Positions 25,699-39,061 of a stretch of DNA of 64,000 nt are shown here, one piece after another; the first letter of the stretch is position 1; each line of letters opens with the position of its first letter. This stretch comes from Octopus vulgaris. Taxonomy: Eukaryota. The translations under genes and the position numbers were made by a program. The stretch spans positions 89,342,001 to 89,406,000 of the forward strand of contig OX597825.1 of assembly GCA_951406725.2 (NCBI GenBank), read 5' to 3'. The notes under the pieces were generated by a model that saw only the letters and a program-made list of their open reading frames with translations, made no database searches and was not told where the DNA came from.

Positions 25699-28633
25699 TG
25701 CCCAAGGCATCAGCCCTTCCACCAATACACAAAAATGGAAGATAAGATTCCTGGAGGACTGGGTCGAGGCCCATCCAAACAACATCCCTTTCTTCGTCCT
25801 CACTGAAACATATCTTAGTGATCTCCACTTGGAAGCCGAGGTGAAAGTTAAAAATTTCAAAACCATTCGTGCTGATCGTGCTGGCAGAAGAAAGGGTGGG
25901 ACTGCCATTTATGTCCATGATTCATTCTCAACAGAAGCCACGAACATATTTTCCAATGGATACTGCGAAGCAGTCGCTGTATTCAGTCAAACCAACAACT
26001 TAACAGTAGTTGGGCTCTACAGACCATCCCAAACGCCCCTACCATGCTTCAAGGAATGCCTCAACAGCATAAAGTGTTTCATTCAGCAGTGTCAACCTGA
26101 CAACATTTTAATGATGGGAGACTTCAACCTTCCCGGGGTTGACTGGTTTACGAACAGTCTGCCGCCAGGTTCTTCTCTCTCAACCCCTGACAGGGAGGCA
26201 GTGGAATCGCTTCTTGACTTCATGGATGACTTCTTCTTGTCCCAACTGGTACTCGAACCAACGAGATGTCACAAAAACGTCTTAGACTTAATTTTCAGCA
26301 ATCACACTGATACTATCCACAATATTGCAGTGGAGAAAACCCTACTCTCCGACCATGACATGGTTCTCTGTGATCTGAGATTTCACTGGCCAAAATGCAA
26401 AACAAATGTCATCCCTCCTGTTCATCCATTTGACACTATGGATTTCCACAATGCAAACTGGGAAGCGATCAATAATGATCTTGCACAAGTCGATTGGTCC
26501 TTCACGCACACATACACACCCACTAATATCAAAAAGTCCTGGCAGTCACTTGTAGACACCATCACGAACATATGTGCAAGACACACCCCATTAAGATCTG
26601 CAAACAAATCTAAGTGTCGAATCCCTAGAAATAGAAAATCTCTCATAAGGAAAATTAAAAGAATCAACAAAAAGATCAACATGCTGAAATACTGTCAACA
26701 GCAACACACCAACCTGACTGCCATCTCGTCGCTAGAGATTAAAAAACATAAACTCCAAAACAACATGATGTCTATCATCAATAGTCAGCGAAGAGCTGAA
26801 GAGGCCTGGGCCATTGAGAAGATCAAATTCAATCCCAAAGTGTTCTTTTCATTTGCAAAAAAACACAGAGTCACTGGTTCTACTGTTGGCCCTCTGATTG
26901 ATGAAAATGGTACTCTTCAAGACAATGCCAAAACCATGGGAGAGATATTGCAGAAACAATATTGCTGTTTTCAGCAATCCTGATATGACTGATCTGGGCT
27001 GTATCAGTGATGTTACTCCCCAATACACTTTATCGGACGTAATCTTTAGCGCTCCTGATGTCTTAGCAGCAATAAAGGAAATGAAGCATAGTTCAGCAGT
27101 AGGTCCCGATAGGTTCCCTGCTTGTGTCTTGAAGATGTGTCAAAACCAACTTGCACCCCCTCTAGCCAATCTGTGGCAGGACTCACTGGATGCTGGATAT
27201 ATACCAGAAGACCTTCTATCACAGTCTGTTGTCCCAATTTTCAAAAAGGAAACAAATCGCTTGCCGTGAATTACCGTCCAATCTCACTCACCTCTCATAT
27301 CATCAAGGTATTTGAGAGGGTGCTGAGATCGCGTATGACTCACTTCCTTGAGAGTCATAATATGCTGAACCCCAACCAGCATGGATTCCGTAATGGGAGA
27401 GATTGCCTGACGCAGCTACTGCATCATTTTGATGACATTTTGAGAGCCTTGGGAGAAGGTTCCAACACTGATGTCATCTACCTTGATTTCAGCAAGGCCT
27501 TTGACAGGGTTGATCATAAGATCCTTCTGAGAAAGCTGTCCAATATTGGTGTCACTGGAAAGCTGCTGCAGTGGATCAAGTGCTTCCTGTCTAACAGAAC
27601 CCAACATGTTGTAGTCGAAGGAGTCAAATCCAGCCCAGCCAAAGTCTGTAGTGGTGTCCCACAAGGCACTGTGTTTGGCCCACTTCTCTTCATCATCTAC
27701 ATAAATGATATTACTGACACCATCAAACACAGTAACATCAGAACCTTCGCTGATGATTCCAAGCTCCAGAAGGTCATCAATGGCGTGGATGACCGAATAA
27801 ACCTTCAGTCAGACCTACTGGCTGTTGTCCAATGGGCGGAAAAGTATAACATGTTGCTAAATGAAGACAAATTCGAACTGATCCACTTTGGAAGGGAGGA
27901 CGCTCTGAAACTCCCATACTCTCTTCCTTCTGGAGAAATTCTCATGGCATCCAACAACATCAGAGACCTGGGAGTAACAGTGGACAACAACATAAGCTGG
28001 GCTACACATATAAGCAGCAAAGTTGACATGGCCCGCAGAATGTGTTCCTGGATTCTCAGAACCTTCCAGTCGAGAGATTCCCACGCTATTATCCTTCTCT
28101 TCTCCACTTTTGCCCGACCCCACCTTGAATACTGCTGTCCACTGTGGTCTCCCTACACAAAGCAAAATATTATGAGAATTGAAGCTCCCCAAAGGTCAAT
28201 CACAAAAAAGATAGATGGCATGTCAGACCTTGACTACTGGGGTAGATTAGAGAAGCTGAAATTGTATTCACTCCAACGACGCCGTGAACGCTACATTATC
28301 TGTATGATGTGGAAAATATTCCATCAGCACTGTCCGAATGATGTTGGCATCACCTTCAAAATGCATCCAAGGCTTGGACCACGTGCCATCCGTCCACAAC
28401 AAAAATCTAAATCGCATCACATAACGACAATACGGCACAACTATTTCACCTCAATAGGACCCGCTCTCTTCAACATTACACCAGGACACGTCAAAAAAGA
28501 AACTGACCACACAAAATTCAAGAAGTCTTTGGACAAATTCCTTCAAAGAGTACCGGACAAACCACCCACACCCGGATATGTCTCCGCAAACAATAACTCT
28601 CTGCTCGAATGGGCCTTGGTGCCCAAATCCTGA
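25619..28633 (+). CDS. LINE ORF2 (APE endonuclease + reverse transcriptase) split by two frameshifts (~26965, ~27245)
   Basis: ORFs 25619-26983 (LLNAQG, LTETYL, MGDFNLP, LDLIFS, SDHD), 26898-27269 and 27122-28633 (YLDFSKAFD, GVPQGT, FADD) join into one protein. Confidence 0.85.
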
Positions 28634-28717
28634 ACTGAAAGACTTCGCCAGGTAGTGCTATTAAGTTAGACATGGCCTGGGCCAATACTGGCCAAAACCT
28701 TTCTAATTTATTCTAAG

Positions 28718-28762
<45 letters not shown>

Positions 28763-28920
28763 TATGTACAAAGTAAAACCATTTGAAATACAAAGAAGGG
28801 AAAAACAGAAAATATATACACAGACGTATACAGCGCATGGTATCACTTTAACTTGAAAAGAAGTTCAAAGTCTTCCACTGCCTTGGAAATACCCATCTCT
28901 TTAGAAAAACTATATAAGTA

Positions 28921-28966
<46 letters not shown>

Positions 28967-29274
28967 CCTTGGATATTGGAACAGTACCTTTAATGATTCT
29001 ACAAAAAGAAAATAACTTGTCGTAAATCTGTGTTACCATGTGTAGCAACTACGATCGAAAACACGCCATTCTACTTCGTAAAGATATCTGTAAGTACTTC
29101 CCGAATTCTAGAAAAATCATACACAGTTTTTTCTCGAAAACCATACACACAGTTTTATAAATCAGAACGCACCGCACACAAATATATACATGAAGCGAAT
29201 TTAAATCTTACTTTCTTCTTCACCAACCATTGTATCCTTACATCTTTTGCTTGTACATATAACTGTATTTTTTT

Positions 29275-31661
29275 GTATGGCAGGTCACTTTCGAGTGCTA
29301 CTGGTAACATGTAACCCAGAACAACCTGTTGCATGGTCTGATCATCGACGACTAAACCGGTAACGGTGAGGAGGATATTTATTGGATACCCTGCGGGATG
29401 AAAAACAAAACCCGTCAAAGGGCGGAGTAACTCTTGAGAGTCAACTGCCATTCAATAAATGTGTTTGTTTTTTTCTTCTTAAGGCTTAAGGCTGTCTCAT
29501 GCGCGGGGACATAGAAATAATCGGACTGAATACCCGATCGCGCGGTTAAACCGTTGGGAGTGAAGGCCTCCTAGCCTTTGTTAGGGCATCCTTCTAGGAG
29601 AAGGTAACTCAGGTAACTGGGATAACTCCGACATAAAACCTGCGGCTCATTGGTTACCGATGATGTTGTCTTGTTCTTTTCGGATTATGGCTGCTGTTGC
29701 TTAGTGAGTGGGATTGACTCAGTGCACAGCCTTTCCTTACTTTAAAAAAAATATTTTTGCACAGGTATTGCACGATAACTACATTGAATTGATTAAAATG
29801 ATTAACTAATTCATGATTGTTGATAGTGCTGTGAGTCTCAACTGAATGGCTTACTGTAGCCTTTAAAAGCAAAAGTCAATGATGTACCAAAACAGTATAA
29901 AAATAAATGGCAGTAAGGACTCTGCAACCACATCGGCTGAAAGAGTCTGGCCCGGCAGGGGCTCCAGAGCATCACAGTCTGAACCCGGCTGTCATCATGC
30001 TACTGTTATAGAACCAAAGAAAATAATGAATATTGGCTGTTGGAATGTACGGACACTGCTTGAACACAAGTCCTCTGAATGTCCTGAAAGAGGGACTGCG
30101 CTTGTTGCGAAGGAGCTTCAACGCTATGATCTTGACATCGTTGCTTCATCTGAGACGAGATTACCTGGAGATGGTCATCTTACAGAATCTTTTGGAAAAT
30201 ATACATTCTTTTGGAAAGGGAGAGATGAAGAGCTTAGAGGAGAAGCTGGAGTGACATTTGCTGTTAAGACTACTCTTGTGGACAAGTTGGAAGAATTCCC
30301 AATCGGAATTAACGAGCGTCTTATGTCCATGAGAATTCCTTTGGCTAAAGGAAATTATGTGACCTTGGTGAGTATGTATGCTCCAACTATGTGCTATACT
30401 GATGACGAAAAACTTTCTTTCTACCATGCTTTGAAGGGCGTTATAAGAAATATCCCTCGGGCAGACAAAGTCATTGTACTGGGTGACTTTAATGCTAGAG
30501 TGGGTAGGGATTTTAACACATGGTCTGTAATTGGAAAGCACGGGGTGGGGAAGTGTAATAGTAATGACATGCTTTTGCTGCGGATGTGTGAGGAGCTGCG
30601 TCTGTGTGTTATCAATACCATGTTTCAACAAAAGAATATGTTTAAGACTACATGGATGCACCCTGCATCTAAAGAATGGCATATTCTGGATTACATCCTA
30701 GTTAGGGTGCGTGACAGACAGGATGTGCAGTGTGTTCGTGTTCTTCGGGGAGCTGAGTGTTGGACTGACCACCGCCTAGTACGTGCAAAAGTGAAATTAG
30801 TCACAAAACATAAAATCCGTGCTGCAGGGATGACCCTGCCTAAAAGACTGAATGTTGATCGTCTTAGGTATAATTGTGTGAAGAGAACTTTTCGAGAGGA
30901 AATGAATGCGGCAGATATAGGGGAGGATTGGCCGACCCTTAAAAAGTCAGTTTATGATATAGGCAAGAAAGTTCAGGGATTGATACAAAGAAAGCATCAA
31001 GATTGGTTCAAAGAAAATGATGAACATATAGATGATTTATTGGCTGATAAAAGACGTACTTTGTCACGCTATTTGTCAGCAAAGTCACAGGAAAGGGAGG
31101 TGTTGCATAGGGAATTCAAGGACGTAAAGGCTCTCTGTGAGGCAAAGGCTCTCTCAGATGAGGGATACGTGGTGGAGTAAGAAGGTTGACGAGATACAGG
31201 CGGCATCAGATTCCAATAACTCAAAGCTGTTGTATGATCTCTTGCGAGAAGTTTATGGAACGACGTCTTCCCTGATGACACCAATTCGAAGCAGGGATTG
31301 TAAAGAACTTCTTCGTGATTCACAAGGAATTCTGCGAAGGTGGCAAGAACACTTTGATGAACTTTTGAATCAGCAGTCTGTAGTTAGTGAGGATGTTTTC
31401 AATCTCATCCCTGGATTGCCTGTGAAGGCAGCACTCGCAGAACCACCAAAGTTCGAAGAAGTTGCAATGGCTGTCTCAAGTTTGAATAATGGGAAGACTC
31501 CGGGTATGGATGGCAGACATGCGGAGTTATTACAGCATGGTGGTGAGAAAATCAGCAGAAACTTCACTCTTTGTTTGGTAAGGTATGGACTAGTGAATCT
31601 GTACCTGAGGACTGGAGAGATGCAGTAATGGTGGTCCTGTATAAGGGAAAGGGCAACAGGA
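29275..31661 (+). mobile_element. RTE-clade LINE: probable 5' UTR, APE and linker, cut off before the RT core
   Basis: IGCWNVRTLL..TALVAKELQRYDLDIVASSETRL, LGDFNARVG, TWMHP, DHRLV, GKTPGMDG, WRDAVMVVLYKGKGNR then microsatellite; assignment of 29275-29660 to the same element is tentative. Confidence 0.88.
29879..31180 (+). CDS. RTE-type AP endonuclease domain ORF (433 aa, frameshifts downstream)
   Basis: Complete APE motif set in one open frame. Confidence 0.8.
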   Translation: MMYQNSIKINGSKDSATTSAERVWPGRGSRASQSEPGCHHATVIEPKKIMNIGCWNVRTLLEHKSSECPERGTALVAKELQRYDLDIVASSETRLPGDGHLTESFGKYTFFWKGRDEELRGEAGVTFAVKTTLVDKLEEFPIGINERLMSMRIPLAKGNYVTLVSMYAPTMCYTDDEKLSFYHALKGVIRNIPRADKVIVLGDFNARVGRDFNTWSVIGKHGVGKCNSNDMLLLRMCEELRLCVINTMFQQKNMFKTTWMHPASKEWHILDYILVRVRDRQDVQCVRVLRGAECWTDHRLVRAKVKLVTKHKIRAAGMTLPKRLNVDRLRYNCVKRTFREEMNAADIGEDWPTLKKSVYDIGKKVQGLIQRKHQDWFKENDEHIDDLLADKRRTLSRYLSAKSQEREVLHREFKDVKALCEAKALSDEGYVVE

Positions 31662-31728
31662 ATGTATATGTATATATATGTATATATATATATGCCTTTG
31701 AAAATTTGAAACGTTTGTTGTTATCATT

Positions 31729-31950
31729 AAGGCGCTCAGCTGATAGAACCGTTAGAACTCTGCACAAGATTCTTAGCGTTATTTCTTCTACCGCTACGTT
31801 CTGAGTTCAAACTCCACCGAGGTCGACTTTGCCTTTCAATCCATTTAGAGTCGATAAAATAAGTACCAGTTGAACACTGAGGACGAAGTATTCGATTTAG
31901 CTCCTCTCCCAATATTGCTGGCCTTGTGCCAAAATTTGAAACCATTATTA
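31729..31950 (+). mobile_element. tRNA-derived SINE, second family (copies at ~36924-37148 and ~42099-42323)
   Basis: gagttcaaactcc B-box; conserved core ccgaggtcgactttgcctttca..tcgataaaataagtaccagt; (ATT)n tail. Confidence 0.8.
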
Positions 31951-31986
31951 TTATTTAGTAGGTGTAGTAGTAGTAGCAGCAGCAGC

Positions 31987-32074
<88 letters not shown>

Positions 32075-32569
32075 TACCGTCAACTTTGACTTTCATCTAT
32101 TCAAGGTCGGTAAATATAAGTATTAGTGCTTAGGGTATTCGGTTCACGAAAATGGCTTTGCGCTAAAATTTAAAACTATTATTATTACTGTTATTGTTGC
32201 CACTACTACTACTGCAACTATTAATACTAATAATGATGATAATATCAATTGTCCAGGCAATGGCTCTCATGACTTCTCATCTTAACTGATTGGAAGGGTT
32301 ATCATCTATATGTTTTGCTTTGGTGTAAAAGATGGGCTACAGTAGACATTCTGCTCTAAACCTCTGGAAACATACTCGTTTAGTTTATCATCGTTAAACA
32401 ATTCTTATTCAGAGAATTTTTTAGCGGGATGTGCTACTCGACCTGAAGAAAACACTAACTGTGCTGCTAACTTTGGTGTGAGTTCACCATGTCTGGCACA
32501 ATTGGGTTGATGCATGTGTCTAATAAGATGTACCCTTATCTTCACAGTTTGTCCTGATGTGTATATTCT

Positions 32570-32800
32570 CAGAGCACATCCTTCAGTGCTTTTATCAATG
32601 TGATATTTGGAGGGGTTTGTTCTGAGAGCTTTTCTTAAAGCACTGCACACTAATACCGCAGTGGGCCATTTTAAGTCTCTTTTCTGCAGCTAATGCCAGG
32701 TTCTATTCCAATCAATCTCATCTTTAGTCTTGAAGAACTGGCTGTGCATTTTCTTGTCCTGCAAAATTTTCTTCATCTAATCTCTCTGGTATTTCGTTCA
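32570..32800 (-). pseudogene. R4/Dong-type non-LTR retrotransposon fragment (also ~37790-38016 and ~42975-43200)
   Basis: QDKKMHSQFFKTKDEIDWNRTWH*LQKRDLK..VCSALRKALRTN..YHIDKS resembles the R4/Dong region before the zinc knuckle; abuts (TAA)n. Confidence 0.6.
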
Positions 32801-32803
32801 CTT

Positions 32804-32915
<112 letters not shown>

Positions 32916-33328
32916 TAAAATATTATTATTATTATTGAGAGAGTGCGTGCCATCAAGTGACACTGGGGTAAAATATACGAAGCCCAGTATACCCATCATG
33001 ACTACCCGTCTGATAAGGGTACACCAGGACATGCATCACAACCATATGTGCACAACATGGTCATCTCATATCAAGATAAACAGCGCATGACCTTGCAGGT
33101 GGGGCTCAGTTAGAATTTTCTTCAGGTCGAGTAGCCCATCCCGCTCAAAAGGTCCCTGAATAAGGATTGTTTAAGGATGTTGAACGAACCACCCATGTTT
33201 CCAAAGGTGAATTATCCAAACCTCCAAGAATTCCTTTTAACACACGGCTATGATGCTCCCCCACTAATTTTGCTCGTGGTCAGAGATTCACATATCATTA
33301 GCCACTAACGTATTTATGTATATGTATG

Positions 33329-33368
<40 letters not shown>

Positions 33369-33623
33369 CATCTATCTATATATATATGTCTGTACGTATA
33401 TAATTTAGGATAATGAGAAACAACACCTACAAGCTAGAGATAGACGTCAAAATATTCTGAAAACCACTTCAAATTCAACGTGGTTGTTCTCAATGTGGTA
33501 TATCTCGAGCATATATGTGCTGTTACTCAGTGCCCTTAATTGTATCTATATAAGTATATATTCATCGTAATGCTTATAGATACATATATATCTATACATA
33601 CATATATACATGTGTACACACAC

Positions 33624-33716
<93 letters not shown>

Positions 33717-33807
33717 ACTCCAAATGTCGGTGCCCGAGCATGGTCACAGCTTGTGAGCTGAAACCAAATAAATAAATAAATAAAAAAATAAAATATAAAA
33801 ATGTCAA

Positions 33808-33891
<84 letters not shown>

Positions 33892-36344
33892 ATAATTGTC
33901 TATTTACAGCTTAGTGCCAAAGGAAGGCGTTTTTAATACAAGCATTAGAGATGAACCGTAGGACACGAGTAACAATGCTAAGATATTAAGATGGTAAATT
34001 TGACAGATCGATTGAAAAGAAAAAAAAGAAAGAAAGGAAGAAATAGTTTCAGCGTCCGCGTCTTTTAATGACCGTGTGATGTTAACTGATGTTTTACGTC
34101 TCAGTCTGATAGTCTATTTCAAATTTAATTTTGAACATCTTTCTTTGTGTGTGACTGCAATAGATGTGTAAGTAGTATTCTAATGTAGGCTGAGCCTGTG
34201 CCCTATCGTGGATCAATAGTTCAATGATTCAGCTTACAATAATTCTGTTACCAGAAAAGACAAAAAGAAGAATATAGCCTTTCAAAAACAATTTTAAAAT
34301 GTTTTTGATGATATGCTGCAGGTGTTTTATTGAATGCGATTTAGTAAAATGTGAATACACTTCTGCAGGAATTTAATTCTTTAACAAGGGTTCACTTAAA
34401 GGAAAGCATATATGACACTTAACGTAAGTCTTAGTAGAATCTGGATTGCTACACTTCATTTCTTCTTCAAAATACATTATATATCTTTATTATCCCAGAA
34501 CAAAATTCACCGCAGTGTTGACCTTTATTATGTTCATAAAGCAGCTTTTCCCAAAAGCTCTGTGCTCTAGAGTCAAATGGAGAATGGATTTTGGATACTT
34601 CGGTCGATTTTTCTCTCGTGAAACAGTGAATGCAAGTGTGAAAGCGTTAGATTATAAGATTTAAACTTCTCTGGAGGTAAAATAAATTTGGTTCAACTAA
34701 GTTTCAAGATCACATCAATCATTAAGTTATTTACTTAGATCACTACAGTTCATGTGAGCTTTTAAGTTCAAAAAAAGACTGGTGTGGAGCAAATTCTCAA
34801 CTGGTCACGTGGACGAAACGTTCTTTGGAAAAGATGCGAGGAGGCAAAATTGCAGACGCGTATCCTGTGTTATATTTTGGGTCAGTTTATATTGTTTAAA
34901 ACAAGCAACTCTATGGTGGGTGATAAAACTGTAAGGCCAAATAGGACTTGAAAATTATTTGAGTCAAAGTTTTAAAAAACGTTTACAAATATGAAATGAA
35001 ATTTTAAAGAAATGCAGTTTGAATAAAAGGCGAAAAAAATTTCAATTAAATTATTTTCTAAAAAAGACACTTTATCCCGATAGCTATTGAGCCCTGCGCC
35101 ATATTTAAAAGGAAAAGCACACTAAGTTTTCATCGAATATCGTCACGTTCATAATTGCTTAAATTTAATTAACAAGCTGGTAATACCAATTTGGGATATT
35201 ATTGAGCATTTTAGTGGAAAAAAGGACAAATACTAACGACGGATGTTGTTAAGGATGAATACTTGGTAACAATTTCATACATGAAGAAGATTTGGTAAAG
35301 TTTATATAAAGAAATGTTCTATATCAATTGACATGTCAGTTTATCCGACGAAGTCCATTAGGCAAATATAGGACGAAACAAGTATGTTAAGGTACAGTAA
35401 GAAAAATCACTGATAAAGAGAAGTAGAGAAGTATTACAGCCTACATGTGAAAAGATTACGAGCATTTGGAGAATGTGACATGTGACAGCTTGTGTGACAC
35501 ACGGAAAACAATGAAAAGAACACAACTATTGGAGCAGGAGATTGAAGGAACGCACACAGATATGTGACAAAATAAAGAAAACTGCTCGAGATCTAGCTGT
35601 GTGAATGTGAGAATCCGATTCAAGAAGCGATAAACACTCAAAGGCTAGTAAAAAGTTTTAAATTCAAGTACATCGTTTCGATAGAATGATCTTTTTACTT
35701 TTATTTTTGTGAATGGCAATTTTAAAATCACGTGTAAACTGACGATATAACAAACGAATGGGTAGAAGTTATAATAGTGAAAATATGAAAGAATATTAAT
35801 ATTCTTTGGCAATATGAATGAAGAGCGGAAGGAATTAGAGAAGAAAGATTGAGGAAATGGGTTGCGAAGATATTTAGACTTGCAAGTCAAAATCATTCCT
35901 GTTGCCATAGCAATGCTAACAATCACATATGTTCAACATATTGTGACATTAGATGTGACTGTCATATAACATAGTTACAGAAAAATGCCAGCCTCTTTTC
36001 TGTAAGTAGTGTTTGCAAACTGAATGACCGGCCATATTATCCTTAAATTTCAAACTATTAATGCTTTTGGCGTAGTCTAAGTGAATAGTCGTAGTCTTTA
36101 TTCGCCTGAAGCGCTGGTGGCGATACAAAGAATTATCAATTTTTAATCGGGGTTACAAAGAATGAAATAACAATGTGGAAAAAATACATTTGAGAGTTGG
36201 AGACGTTATATGATATGTAGAAGAACGTACTAAGAAATATTTTAATGCTGGCTGGAAACAGAGGTACCCATGCATGAGCACGTACACATACGCATACTGA
36301 CACCAACGTGCGTGAGCATGCCAGGCATAATGCTTAGCAGCATT

Positions 36345-36826
36345 TCATCCAAAGTTCTGGTCATCAAATCTAAGTAGAGATTTCAAACTTAAAATCTTCA
36401 AAGCCACAGTCAAACCAGTTCTACTATATGACTCAGAAACCTGGACGTTATCAAAGAAGCTTGAGAGGCGGTTGGATGGAACTTACACTCGCCTTCTTAT
36501 GAGAGCTCAAAATCTCTCGTGGAAGCGTCATCCAAACAAAGTACAAATCTATGGGAAATTACCACACGTATCATCTCTTGTGAAAGGTAGAAGAGTCCAG
36601 TTTGCTGGACATTGTTGTATTGCTGAAAACGAGGTAATTTCTACTCTTCTCTGGAAGCCATTTGCTTGCGATACCGGAGGGCGCACACTCTCCTACCCTG
36701 ATGTATTCTCCAGAGATACAGGCATCCAGCAACAGGACCTCCGTAATTCTATGATGGACCGTGAAGTCTGACGAAAGATAGTAAATTCCATTGTCTCGAC
36801 CACGGTCGAACAATGAGGATGATGAT
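36345..36826 (+). mobile_element. 3' end of an RTE-group LINE nested inside a SINE (copy at ~41520-42001)
   Basis: KLKIFKATVKPVLLYDSETWTL..LDGTYTRLLMRA..VQFAGHC; (GAT)n-like tail; SINE halves on either side. Confidence 0.8.
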
Positions 36827-37150
36827 TGCCTTTCATTCTTTCGGGGTCGATAATGTAATGTTTCACAATGGAGTCGATATAATCAGCTTTGTATGAAAAT
36901 TTGAAACGTTTGTTGTTATCATTAAGGCGCTCAGCTGAGAGAACCGTTAGAACTCTGCACAAGATTCTTAGCGTTATTTCTTCTACCGCTACGTTCTGAG
37001 TTCAAACTCCACCGAGGTCGACTTTGCCTTTCAATCCATTTAGAGTCGATAAAATAAGTACCAGTTGAACACTGAGGACGAAGTATTCGATTTAGCTCCT
37101 CTCCCAATATTGCTGGCCTTGTGCCAAAATTTGAAACCATTATTATTATT

Positions 37151-37183
<33 letters not shown>

Positions 37184-37190
37184 CAGCAGC

Positions 37191-37282
<92 letters not shown>

Positions 37283-38018
37283 CAGCAGCAGCAGTATACC
37301 GTCAACTTTGACTTTCATCTTTTCAAGGTCGGTAAATATAAGTATTAGTGCTTAGGGTATTCGGTTCACGAAAATGGCTTTGCGCTAAAATTATTATTAT
37401 TACTGTTATTGTTGCCACTACTACTACTGCAACTATTAATACTAATAATGATGATAATATCAATTGTCCAGGCAATGGCTCTCATGACTTCTCATCTTAA
37501 CTGATTGGAAGGGTTATCATCTATATGTTTTGCTTTGGTGTAAAAGATGGGCTACAGTAGACATTCTGCTCTAAACCTCTGGAAACATACTCGTTTAGTT
37601 TATCATCGTTAAACAATTCTTATTCAGAGAATTTTTTAGCGGGATGTGCTACTCGACCTGAAGAAAACACTAACTGTGCTGCTAACTTTGGTGTGAGTTC
37701 GCCATGTCTGGCACAATTGGGTTGATGCATGTGTCTAATAAGATGTACCCTTATCTTCACAGTTTGTCCTGATGTGTATATTCTCAGAGCACATCCTTCA
37801 GTGCTTTTATCAATGTGATATTTGGAGGGGTTTGTTCTGAGAGCTTTTCTTAAAGCACTGCACACTAATACCGCAGTGGGCCATTTTAAGTCTCTTTTCT
37901 GCAGCTAATGCCAGGTTCTATTCCAATCAATCTCATCTTTAGTCTTGAAGAACTGGCTGTGCATTTTCTTGTCCTGCAAAATTTTCTTCATCTAATCTCT
38001 CTGGTATTTCGTTCACTT

Positions 38019-38090
<72 letters not shown>

Positions 38091-38502
38091 TATTATTATT
38101 ATTATTGAGAGAGTGCGTGCCATCAAGTGACACTGGGGTAAAATATACGAAGCCCAGTATACCCATCATGACTACCCGTCTGATAAGGGTACACCAGGAC
38201 ATGCATCACAACCATATGTGCACAACATGGTCATCTCATATCAAGATAAACAGCGCATGACCTTGCAGGTGGGGCTCAGTTAGAATTTTCTTCAGGTCGA
38301 GTAGCCCATCCCGCTCAAAAGGTCCCTGAATAAGGATTGTTTAAGGATGTTGAACGAACCACCCATGTTTCCAAAGGTGAATTATCCAAACCTCCAAGAA
38401 TTCCTTTTAACACACGGCTATGATGCTCCCCCACTAATTTTGCTCGTGGTCAGAGATTCACATATCATTAGCCACTAACGTATTTATGTATATGTATGTA
38501 TG

Positions 38503-38537
<35 letters not shown>

Positions 38538-38791
38538 ATATATATGCATCTATATATATATATATGTCTGTACGTATATAATTTAGGATAATGAGAAACA
38601 ACACCTACAAGCTAGAGATAGACGTCAAAATATTCTGAAAACCACTTCAAATTCAACGTGGTTGTTCTCAATGTGGTATATCTCGAGCATATATGTGCTG
38701 TTACTCAGTGCCCTTAATTGTATCTATATAAGTATATATTCATCGTAATGCTTATAGATACATATATATCTATACATACATATATACATGT

Positions 38792-38896
<105 letters not shown>

Positions 38897-39012
38897 CTCC
38901 AAATGTCGGTGCCCGAGCATGGTCACAGCTTGTGAGCTGAAACCAAATAAATAAATAAATAAAAAAATAAAATATAAAGATGTCAAATATATATATATAT
39001 ATATACACACAC

Positions 39013-39061
<49 letters not shown>

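Larger units (their letters stand above)
25213..28719 (+). mobile_element. Near-full-length CR1-group LINE (ORF1 C-terminal part, complete ORF2 region, 3' UTR)
   Basis: ORF1 remnant, then APE and RT in order; 3' UTR ggtagtgctattaagttagacatggcctgg, tail tctaagtt into (TA)n. Confidence 0.96.

Noticed and set aside
29275-29660. HDV-like ribozyme in the RTE 5' region
   Set aside because: Plausible for RTE elements, but I could not build the double pseudoknot by eye; needs an RNArobo or Infernal search
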